Shown here piece by piece: positions 27,009-35,010 of a DNA stretch of 64,000 nt (the first letter of the stretch is position 1; each line of letters begins with the position of its first letter). The DNA lies in contig JAGAJR010000016.1 in NCBI GenBank assembly GCA_017626035.1, forward strand, positions 41,272 through 105,271, read 5' to 3'. A program made the translations under genes and the position numbers. This DNA comes from Alphaproteobacteria bacterium. GTDB lineage: Bacteria; Pseudomonadota; Alphaproteobacteria; RF32; CAG-239. Under the pieces are notes generated by a model, which worked only from the letters and a program-made list of their open reading frames with translations, was not told where the DNA came from and did not search any database.

Positions 27009-28427
27009 TTACCTAACAAACATGCCCTTTCCGAGACTAGGAATACCGTCTGAAACTTGTAAGTTGCTTCCTTCTTCGTTGGTAGAGCCTTTTTTATCTT
27101 TATCTTTTTTTACAGCAGGTTTCTGGGCCGGTTCTTTTTCAAGAATACCGCCGGCCGCAAAATAAAGATAATCCTTCACTCCTCCTTTTTCAGCCCTGAC
27201 GTATGTTTGTGTAATTTCATCAACGACATGGCCTGTTTGTAAAGACGTTCCTTTACGAACCAGGAAAGAATCCCCGCCTTTGTTAATCAACTTGGCGGCT
27301 AAAGCATCCCCTTTGCCGATAATTTCCATAACGGCATATTCTTCAGGGAGCTTGACAACAACTTCTTCTACGACCGGTTTAGCGGCTTCTTCCGTTGTTG
27401 CTTGAGCAAACGGGTTAGCCTTGCTGTTTTCCTTTTCGGCTCTTTCGGCTTCCAAACGGGCTTTCAAAATAGAAATCTGAGTTTGCAGGTTGGCAATTTC
27501 CCGATTATAGTTTGTCCGAGCCGTTTCGGCGTCTTTACTGGTTTTTGCAGCCAAAGTGGAAAGATAATTTATCTTTTTCTTAAAATCATTAATCTGATTT
27601 TCTTTCTCTTCTTCAATTTTGGACAATTCTTCGTAAATGCCTTCGTTGTTTTTAATCCACTCTTGTGTAGAAGAAAGCATGCTTTCTTTGTAAGCATTCA
27701 GAATTTTTTCCTGGCGAAGTTTTTCCAAAGCCAGAGAAATTTCTTTAAGCTTTTGTTTTTCCTGCAAAAGCTTTCTTTCCTGTTCTTTTTCCCATTCAAG
27801 CTTTTTGCGTTCTTTTTCTTCTTCTTTGGTTTTGACTTCATCAATGGCTTTTTGACGCTGAGCCTTAATGGCCTCAATTTCGTTTCTGATTTTTTCGCGT
27901 CTCAATTCCAATGTCAGCAAAGCGGTCTGTTTTTCCAAATCAGACATTTGGGTAAACAGTTCATTGTCAATTTGGTTTAGCAGAATGTCGCCGGATGTAT
28001 CGATGGCAGATACCGTGCGGGATGATTCCTGAGCACTCCCCATAGAATCTTCATCTTGCTCCGGAGCAGGTAACGAAATAGGAGCGTCATCAGCCGGAGT
28101 TTCCATGCCCGGCATGGCCGGCGTATCAAGAGCATTGGCGTCAAAATCGTTTTGAGGCGTGTCCATCATGCTTCCGGCCGGGTTAATCAATCCGTCGGAA
28201 GGTTCTGCGGCGGAATCCTCATCACTGTTGTTAGTTTCAAACAATGCAATTTCATCCGGAATTGAAGTATCAACACCGAGAAAATTATCGTTGTCGTTAT
28301 CACTGAGTTGTGGGGCTTCATCAGCCAAGGTAACCGTTCCTTGTGCATAAGCGGCTTGTCCGGAGGCAAAACCCCAGATAAGAGCGATAGCTGTTGAGCA
28401 CAAAATCTTTCTTAAATTATAAAACAT
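27009..28427 (-). CDS. PilP-like pilus assembly protein with long acidic and coiled-coil extension
   Basis: Likely start MFYNLRKILCSTAIALIWGFASGQAAYA (ATG at 28427, GAGGGAG SD); the track start is 28466. An acidic region is followed by a K/E-rich coiled coil. The C-terminal beta domain (YAVMEIIGKGDALAAKLINKGGDSFLVRKGTSLQTGHVVDEI) resembles PilP. Confidence 0.6.
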   Translation of the reverse strand: MFYNLRKILCSTAIALIWGFASGQAAYAQGTVTLADEAPQLSDNDNDNFLGVDTSIPDEIALFETNNSDEDSAAEPSDGLINPAGSMMDTPQNDFDANALDTPAMPGMETPADDAPISLPAPEQDEDSMGSAQESSRTVSAIDTSGDILLNQIDNELFTQMSDLEKQTALLTLELRREKIRNEIEAIKAQRQKAIDEVKTKEEEKERKKLEWEKEQERKLLQEKQKLKEISLALEKLRQEKILNAYKESMLSSTQEWIKNNEGIYEELSKIEEEKENQINDFKKKINYLSTLAAKTSKDAETARTNYNREIANLQTQISILKARLEAERAEKENSKANPFAQATTEEAAKPVVEEVVVKLPEEYAVMEIIGKGDALAAKLINKGGDSFLVRKGTSLQTGHVVDEITQTYVRAEKGGVKDYLYFAAGGILEKEPAQKPAVKKDKDKKGSTNEEGSNLQVSDGIPSLGKGMFVR

Positions 28428-29691
28428 AGATTGCTCCCTCATAATCCCACATATCGTTACCGACATTATAATTAATCATATTAATGGTAAGTCCTGAAAA
28501 TTTTGTTAATAAATCCATCCATACAAGCGGATTGTGGTTGGATGAAAACTTAAATTGTACAGAACTGTATACATTATTCTGCGGAGAAACATACGAAAAG
28601 CTGGTTAAAACCACTTTTTGTCCGATAGCCTGGAACAAATCGTTAAGTAATACTTTTAAATCTTCATCACTTTTCATCGGCGGAGAAGAGATGACATCCA
28701 CTTTTCCCAAAGGAACGGATGCAATAATATTTTCGCCGTTGTCAGAAACCGAACGGCTGGAGAAAATCAGTCCGGAATTATCCAACGCCTTGTTAATCCA
28801 AGAAACGCGGCCGATATCTCTTTTCCAAGATGTGGTAATGCCTTCCGGAGTGCAGGTCAAATTATTAATAGTCCATCCCGGAGGCAGAATTTTTCTCAAA
28901 GATTCAACACCGTAATAGCACCATTTCATAACGTCATTCGGACGGTTAATTTGTTCCCACGGTTTAATTTCAGGCGGAACTTCAATTTCTTTGACAACTT
29001 TCGGCGGAATAGGGGCGATAATAGGCCTTTTCGGCGGAGCCAGAAAAATTCCGTTGATAATGCTTGATAACAGCCACAAACCGATAATTGCCGAAATCAC
29101 GACAACAATCAAAAGCTTTGTACCTCTTAAAGCTTTGATTTTTTGCAGTTTGGCTCTCAAGCCTTTATTTAATATCTGCGTAAGATCCGGATATTCCGTT
29201 TCCTCAATGCCCCATTCCGGCGGAGCAATCTTACGTCCCCAGTCCGGTACGGCCAGCATGGACATAAATTGTTCTTTGGCTTCCTGTTCGGACAAGAACA
29301 ACATATCACCGTCAGACAAGATAATATCATTACGAATACAAGTATACCACCACCCGTTGTCAACTTTGAATACGGCAACGAATGAAGAGCGGTCTGAAAG
29401 AGCCGTAGCCAATGTTACGGCAGCAACGTTATCGCCCTTTTTATAACCTTCGCTTGAAACGCAAATACCAAACTGCGGGGCTTTTCCCGGCTTGATACAG
29501 AATAAGTCTGCCCCTTCCAGAATGCCTTCCGAAGCTTCTTCAACTTCGTTAAACGGATCATCCTTGTTTTGCAAAGGCTGCCAGAACAAGCTGGTTGCAT
29601 AAGATACGCCGCCCACGGTAATATTCGTTCCCCAAGAACGCTGTTTACCGTTTTCGTAATCTTCATCCAATAACTTTGCTTCTTCCAGCAC
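28417..29691 (-). CDS. Type IVb pilus assembly protein, R64 PilO/PilO2-like (bitopic)
   Basis: 424 aa with a single central TM helix (LLIVVVISAIIGLWLLSSIINGIF). It sits between the secretin and PilP-like genes, as in R64-type pil operons. Family recognition is by architecture and position only. Confidence 0.55.
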   Translation of the reverse strand: MLEEAKLLDEDYENGKQRSWGTNITVGGVSYATSLFWQPLQNKDDPFNEVEEASEGILEGADLFCIKPGKAPQFGICVSSEGYKKGDNVAAVTLATALSDRSSFVAVFKVDNGWWYTCIRNDIILSDGDMLFLSEQEAKEQFMSMLAVPDWGRKIAPPEWGIEETEYPDLTQILNKGLRAKLQKIKALRGTKLLIVVVISAIIGLWLLSSIINGIFLAPPKRPIIAPIPPKVVKEIEVPPEIKPWEQINRPNDVMKWCYYGVESLRKILPPGWTINNLTCTPEGITTSWKRDIGRVSWINKALDNSGLIFSSRSVSDNGENIIASVPLGKVDVISSPPMKSDEDLKVLLNDLFQAIGQKVVLTSFSYVSPQNNVYSSVQFKFSSNHNPLVWMDLLTKFSGLTINMINYNVGNDMWDYEGAIYVL

Positions 29692-29712
29692 CGTTTTATC
29701 CTTTTCTTAAAG

Positions 29713-31323
29713 CTAGTTTTTCATTCTGGATTCCGGTGTCAACGGTGAATCCAAAACAACCGGAGTTAAGATAATAACCAAAATGCTTCTTGTTTTGTTT
29801 GCCGTTGCCGTTCCTCCGAGCAGGGAGTTTTCAGCCGAACCGACACCTGTTTTATTGGCTTCGTTTTCAACACGTTCATAACCGGTTAAAATCAAAGATT
29901 CTCCTGATTTCAGAGCAACTTCCTGAGTAAAGCCGCGTGATTCGATAACCGGGTTTTGAATGTATTGTCCGTCCGTAGTGTCCGTACCGCCGCCCAAATC
30001 AACTCTTTCAAGCTGAATCAGGTCGGACAATGTCAGGTTAAACATCAACAACATACGGCCGTGTTCCAAAATACGCGGCAGAATATCCATGGTAAAACCG
30101 GTTTCGATTTCTTCGGTTTCCGTTGAAATATCATAGTAGCTGGCATCGCCGCCGCTGTTGGTTTTGGTAATTTCGGAAATGTAGTTTTGCTTTCTGACAA
30201 CCTGAATAGGTGCCGGTTTGTTATTTAATGTGGTAACCGTACCGCTGGTAATCAGGTTTGTTGTTCCCTGAGTAGACAAGGCCTGAATGGCACCGTCAAC
30301 AGTCCAGTCGCCGGATAAAACCTTCATGCTCAAATTGTTGGTTACGTCAGAGCCCAATCCCGGAACACTGGCAATCGTACCCGAAAGTTTGTTCTTGTCG
30401 TCAAAGATAGCGGAAAGGTTCAGGCCGTATTGGTCGCTGTCTTCAATATTAACCTGTAAAACTTTAACGCTGATGGCAACTTGTCTGGACAAGCGGGCAT
30501 TTTGCTCGTTAATGAATTTTGCAACTTTCCGGATGTCGTTAGGCGTTGCCGTTAACGAAATTGTTCCGTTTGCCGGATCCAAAGTCAGTTTGGCATCTTT
30601 GGAAATCATTGAAGTAATGGATTTTTCGATATTACCCCATAATTCAATGGAAATAGAGCTGGACAATCCGATGGTGGAGTTGCCGCCGCTTCCCGAAGAC
30701 GAACCGCCGACATTGACATTTAAAGTAGGTTTTGTCGGCAGAGAATAAAGAACAAATGTTCTGGTAATATATTTATAGAAATAGATTTCTTTCTTTTCAT
30801 AAGACCACCAAATACCGAAACGGGATGAAATTTCATCCAGCAAACCGCTTAACGGACCTTGATAAGAAACCAGCATTTTGCTCGGTTCTGTCCAATCGGC
30901 ATTGATTGTTTCCGGATTAGGCTTGTTAGAAGCTGCCGTCTTTAACGCGTCTTCTTCCAAGTCAGGCGAAAATCTGATTTTCAAAGAGGTGATTTTATTA
31001 ATCATATCTCCGATTTCATATAATGTAATCGGGCGGTTGCTGATTAAAGTAATACCGTCTTTCCCTTCCAGATAAGACGGAAGCGGTTCTCCTTCATATT
31101 CAATTTCACTGGTATCGCCCAGCCAAATATCGTTTTTTACCCGTACAACGTCATCCGTAGCCGGTTTCCCTGGGATTTTTGCAGCTTCTTTCAGTTGAGT
31201 GGTAGCCTCAACTTCCCGTTCGATTGTTGCATCCAAGCTGGTAGAGAGAGAACAAGAGGCGATTAACGCCGCAAAAACTGCTCCTAAACCACATTTTGCC
31301 CAATTATTCATATGCATTCTCAT
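29713..31323 (-). CDS. Secretin lipoprotein (PilN-type, type IVb pilus outer-membrane channel)
   Basis: Lipobox AALIASCS. The C-terminal secretin domain includes TTLNNKPAPIQVV..., ETGFTMDILPRI, IESRGFTQEVALKSGESLILTG and LLGG...KTRSILVIILTPVVL. Confidence 0.85.
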   Translation of the reverse strand: MRMHMNNWAKCGLGAVFAALIASCSLSTSLDATIEREVEATTQLKEAAKIPGKPATDDVVRVKNDIWLGDTSEIEYEGEPLPSYLEGKDGITLISNRPITLYEIGDMINKITSLKIRFSPDLEEDALKTAASNKPNPETINADWTEPSKMLVSYQGPLSGLLDEISSRFGIWWSYEKKEIYFYKYITRTFVLYSLPTKPTLNVNVGGSSSGSGGNSTIGLSSSISIELWGNIEKSITSMISKDAKLTLDPANGTISLTATPNDIRKVAKFINEQNARLSRQVAISVKVLQVNIEDSDQYGLNLSAIFDDKNKLSGTIASVPGLGSDVTNNLSMKVLSGDWTVDGAIQALSTQGTTNLITSGTVTTLNNKPAPIQVVRKQNYISEITKTNSGGDASYYDISTETEEIETGFTMDILPRILEHGRMLLMFNLTLSDLIQLERVDLGGGTDTTDGQYIQNPVIESRGFTQEVALKSGESLILTGYERVENEANKTGVGSAENSLLGGTATANKTRSILVIILTPVVLDSPLTPESRMKN

Positions 31324-31993
31324 CCTCCATTGTCTCTACGACCAAGACGCGGTTTCCTTTATAAAATGTTGCAATCGGAGCCGGCCGTGCCCGAGCAAAG
31401 GCTCTGATAAGTGCGGAGCTTACGTCGGCAAAACGTCCTCTGAACATTGCTCCGGCTGTTAAAGTATAGTTTCTGTTGCTTTTCCAAATCAGTCTCCAGC
31501 CGGCTCTTTCGCTCCATTCGGTCAGCAAAGTTTTCAAAGATTGGCCTTCTTCAGCCAGCCAGTCTTCAACAGGGTCTTCTGCGGAATAGCTGTCTCCGCC
31601 GTTTCCGCTGTTTTCGGTAATTTTGATTTCTTCTTCATAATCGACAACTTCATCTTCAATAGCCGGCGGAATGGAAGATGACATATTGCTTCCGGCTCCC
31701 GCATGAACAATGTTTTGATCACGAGGGGATCTTTCGCCGTATTCCTTATAATCGGCGGCAACTCTTGTGTAGTTTACAAAATCACGGTCAGACGAACCGT
31801 CGGCATCAAAGCTTCCGCCTTGGCAGCTTGCATCGGGACAAGGGACATTATCAGGAAGGTCGTCCATTGGTTCGGCCATGGAACCGGCACAGGCGGCGGC
31901 TAAAAACAATCCGAAAAAACAAGAGGCTAGCCTTATTTTTGAGTCCATATTTATAATCCCTAAGCTGTATTTTGTCATATTTTTACCTATCAT
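31304..31993 (-). CDS. PilL/TcpQ-like pilus lipoprotein
   Basis: Lipobox LAAACAGS. The C-terminal block WLAEEGQSLKTLLTEWSERAGWRLIW...Y.L.AGAMFRG.F..A...L...F resembles the TcpQ/PilL C-terminal domain. It is the first recognisable conserved gene of the pil operon, directly upstream of the secretin. Confidence 0.6.
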   Translation of the reverse strand: MIGKNMTKYSLGIINMDSKIRLASCFFGLFLAAACAGSMAEPMDDLPDNVPCPDASCQGGSFDADGSSDRDFVNYTRVAADYKEYGERSPRDQNIVHAGAGSNMSSSIPPAIEDEVVDYEEEIKITENSGNGGDSYSAEDPVEDWLAEEGQSLKTLLTEWSERAGWRLIWKSNRNYTLTAGAMFRGRFADVSSALIRAFARARPAPIATFYKGNRVLVVETMEDENAYE

Positions 31994-32043
31994 ACATATT
32001 GAAAATTAAATAATCAAGCACGACACTTCAGTTATTACCAAGG

Positions 32044-33789
32044 TTACCATTGTTGGTAATATTGTTGTATGCTGCGGTTATTATCTTCTTTGCTCCTGTT
32101 AAAGTTGTTATTAATCCTTACTGTTCGAATAATAAATGAATTAGGTTCTCTGGTCGTGAATACAGTATTGATTTTGCTGTATTCTACGCCTTTATTGGTT
32201 AATATATTATGTAAAAGATTCAGTCTTTTTTGCTGCAGGGCAAATGAGCTTGTTCCGTCAATGCGGATTTCCAGCCCGATAGATGAATCTTCCAGAGTTT
32301 TGTTGGCAAAAGCTTGTATCCATTTCAGGGTCTGCCCGGATATTTCGGCTCGGTTAGGCTGAAAAGACAAACGAATTTCTGTCGGCAGGATTTTTTGCGA
32401 CGAGCTGAATTTTTTTATTCTTCCGGATATTCTGTTGAAGAAGTTGTCTTCTATTTCGTCATCCTGAACATTGGCATTTTCTTTTGTGCTTTGCTCGGTA
32501 TTTTTATTTTCACTGCCTGAGAAAATGGAGGTTATGCTTTTTAGAAAGCTGCTGGTCTTGGGTGCAGGTGTGGCAGGCGTTTCTTTTCCTTCCACCTTAA
32601 TTTGATTTTGAGGGACAGTTTCGTTTTCCGTAACTTCTTTTTCAAGTTTGGCCTTTTCTTCCGAGCTTGGAGAAACCAGTTGAGGGGTAAGGTTCTCATC
32701 ATTAAGAATATCTTCCGGAATAGGGATAAGGATATTTTTGACCATGCCTGAATCAGCCAGCTGGATTTCATTGTCCTGCTGAGAATATGACGAGGAAACA
32801 CCCATAGCTTTTCGAATATTTTCTTTTTCTCCGTTTTTATAATATTCCTGATCCAGAACATTGCTGTTTTTAGGGTGTTTAGTCCCTTTTGCTACAACCC
32901 ACGGCTCGTCAATATCGTTTTTTTCTGCCATGGTTGTCCAGCGGTTGCCTTGCTTTTCAGTGTTGCCAGCCCCCTCTTTTGCAGAGGATGAAATCATGCT
33001 TTTGATTGGGATATTCTTTTCGGCCATGGCTAATTGGTTTTGATCCGGAGAATTGATGATTTCAATTTTTCCGTTTGATTTTGCCGGTACGCCGTCTTTT
33101 TCAATCGGAATAAGCGGTTCGGAAAAGTCTTCTTGCTTTGCTTGGGCTGAAGATGCTGAAATTTTTGAAATCAGATTGTTCGGACTTTTTGCTTCGGCAA
33201 CAAGAAACGGTTTGATTTCTCCGGCTTGTTCAGGAAGCAAATCAGCCGGAGATTTGTTAACAAATTCCGGTTTTTCGTTTTCCGAAGAAAGAATGTTCAA
33301 GTCGGTTTCGTCTTTGGCAATGATAATTTCCGTTTCATCAACAGGAGGGGAATTGTTGATGATTTTATCAAAATCCTCGACAATTTTTTGAGACTTTGCT
33401 TTTAATCTCGGATCGATTTCCAACGGAATCAATGAAACTTCTTTTGCACTTTGTTTTTTCTGCGTTTGAGGGGTTTGGTCCGCAGATGCAAATAAAGTTT
33501 CTTTTCCGCTCTTGCTTTCGAGTGCCAAAGAAGCGTCTTCCTGTAAAAGAATTTGAGATGAAGAGGTTTTGTCAGGAAGGGTTAAAGCAATTTTTTTTAC
33601 CGGAATAACCTTCGAGGAAACGGTACTTTTTAATTCGTTTTTCAAGAAAAGGGTAATGTTTTTGTTCGAAATCTTAAGTTCTTCCGTGCGAACGAAGCGG
33701 TTACGAAAATACACTCCGTCTACCGTAAAAATTGTAAACAGAGAAAAAACAAAGCTGCAAACAAAAGTTTTTAAACTTGTCTTTTTCAT
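32044..33789 (-). CDS. Large exported hypothetical protein heading the pilus operon
   Basis: Likely start MKKTSLKTFVCSFVFSLFTIFTV at 33789; the track start is 33864. A long S/E/K/P-rich, probably disordered region is followed by a compact C-terminal domain (LSFQPNRAEISGQTLKWIQAFA...GLEIRIDG...KRLNLLHNILTNKGVEYSKI). That domain loosely resembles a degenerate OmpA/MotB-type fold. Confidence 0.5.
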   Translation of the reverse strand: MKKTSLKTFVCSFVFSLFTIFTVDGVYFRNRFVRTEELKISNKNITLFLKNELKSTVSSKVIPVKKIALTLPDKTSSSQILLQEDASLALESKSGKETLFASADQTPQTQKKQSAKEVSLIPLEIDPRLKAKSQKIVEDFDKIINNSPPVDETEIIIAKDETDLNILSSENEKPEFVNKSPADLLPEQAGEIKPFLVAEAKSPNNLISKISASSAQAKQEDFSEPLIPIEKDGVPAKSNGKIEIINSPDQNQLAMAEKNIPIKSMISSSAKEGAGNTEKQGNRWTTMAEKNDIDEPWVVAKGTKHPKNSNVLDQEYYKNGEKENIRKAMGVSSSYSQQDNEIQLADSGMVKNILIPIPEDILNDENLTPQLVSPSSEEKAKLEKEVTENETVPQNQIKVEGKETPATPAPKTSSFLKSITSIFSGSENKNTEQSTKENANVQDDEIEDNFFNRISGRIKKFSSSQKILPTEIRLSFQPNRAEISGQTLKWIQAFANKTLEDSSIGLEIRIDGTSSFALQQKRLNLLHNILTNKGVEYSKINTVFTTREPNSFIIRTVRINNNFNRSKEDNNRSIQQYYQQW

Positions 33790-34112
33790 CAAAATCAAAA
33801 CCCCTCTAAACCCTTGATAATTCAATATGCGACTCTTGGCAAGAAGATATAAAATTATGCACAAAATCTGTGGATTCTTTTTTTGATATGATTCTGATTT
33901 ATTAGAGAAATATTTACCATTAGGGGTGTAAGAATAAGGATGTTTATACTTCTTTAATAACTGTGAATTTTTTGTTACAGGGAAAAATATTATTGTAAAT
34001 CAGCTTGTTATCCGTTTTTTAGGAAGAAGAATATTGCTGGTAAAAAAGTTAAAAATTAGCTATCCTAAAAGAGTATAAGAAGTTTTGCTAAATTAATTTA
34101 AGGAGAAAGATT
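33790..34112. promoter_or_regulatory. Divergent intergenic control region between the pil operon (-) and the virB2 genes (+)
   Basis: About 320 bp of AT-rich non-coding DNA between the two outward-facing operons. The promoters must lie here, but no specific boxes could be assigned confidently. Confidence 0.35.
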
Positions 34113-34457
34113 ATGCAATTTTTAAAGAAAAACATTTGGACACTGAGCTGCATGGTACTCATTTTGGCGATGGCTTTTGTAGGCGATGCATCCGCTGCCG
34201 CAGACGGTAACACTTTGATGGATACTGCCAAAACCAAAGCTAAAAGCGTATTTACCTCAGTCAAAACCATCATCTTCATCGTCGGTGGTTTCGGTTTGGT
34301 AGGTTTGGCTTGGGCTGCTATTTTCGGTAAAGTAAACTGGAAATGGTTTGCATCTTTGGCCGTTGGTTTGGCAATCTTGGCTGCTGCTGGTTCTATCGTT
34401 GAATACGCAACAGGTTCAAGAGATGCTGGTCTTGAAACCACATTCGGTGATATCTAG
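34113..34457 (+). CDS. virB2: VirB2/TrbC-family T4SS pilin, paralog 1
   Basis: 114 aa. Signal peptide ending GDASA, then two hydrophobic helices IIFIVGGFGLVGLAWAAIFGKVNWKWFASLAVGLAILAAAGSIVEY. AAGGAG SD. Lies upstream of virB3-virB4. Confidence 0.8.
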   Translation: MQFLKKNIWTLSCMVLILAMAFVGDASAAADGNTLMDTAKTKAKSVFTSVKTIIFIVGGFGLVGLAWAAIFGKVNWKWFASLAVGLAILAAAGSIVEYATGSRDAGLETTFGDI

Positions 34458-34501
34458 TCTTAGACCGGATATTAGAGCATAGTTTGACAAGGGAGGGAAA
34501 A

Positions 34502-34972
34502 ATGGAAAATTTAATTAAAAATAGACCACAATCTCTCCCTTTTGCTCATCTGCTGAAAAAAGCGGTAAGTATTATAGAAGAAAAGGATGTTGAGATGTTG
34601 TGCGTAAAATTAAAGAACTTCCTGATAATGGCTGTTGTGATGTTCGTGGTTTCTTCAGTTTTATTTGCAACAGATTCATTTGCAGCTGAAAACACGGGGT
34701 TGTTTTCTGATTTGATTGCCAAAGGAGGCAGTATTTTCTCCGGTATGCGTGAAATTATTTACGCTGTTGCCGGTTTTGGTGTGGCTGCCGTTGCAATTGG
34801 TGGTTTCTTTGGAAACCTGAACTGGAAATGGCTCGCAGCGATTGCAATCGGTTTGTTTGTAATTGCTACAACCGGTGCAATCATTAATTATATGGTTGGA
34901 GATAAAACCATAACGGATGATATGATAAGAGATACGTTGATCACTGGAAATCAAGATAATTTGAATAAATAA
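34502..34972 (+). CDS. virB2: VirB2/TrbC-family T4SS pilin, paralog 2
   Basis: The core REIIYAVAGFGVAAVAIGGFFGNLNWKWLAAIAIGLFVIATTGAIINY aligns residue for residue with paralog 1. The start is uncertain: ATG 34502 after GGGAGG, or ATG 34595 giving a classical signal peptide. The track start is 34484. Confidence 0.75.
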   Translation: MENLIKNRPQSLPFAHLLKKAVSIIEEKDVEMLCVKLKNFLIMAVVMFVVSSVLFATDSFAAENTGLFSDLIAKGGSIFSGMREIIYAVAGFGVAAVAIGGFFGNLNWKWLAAIAIGLFVIATTGAIINYMVGDKTITDDMIRDTLITGNQDNLNK

Positions 34973-35010
34973 TGATGTTTTGAATGTCTGGAACTGATTG
35001 GGAGGGTGCT

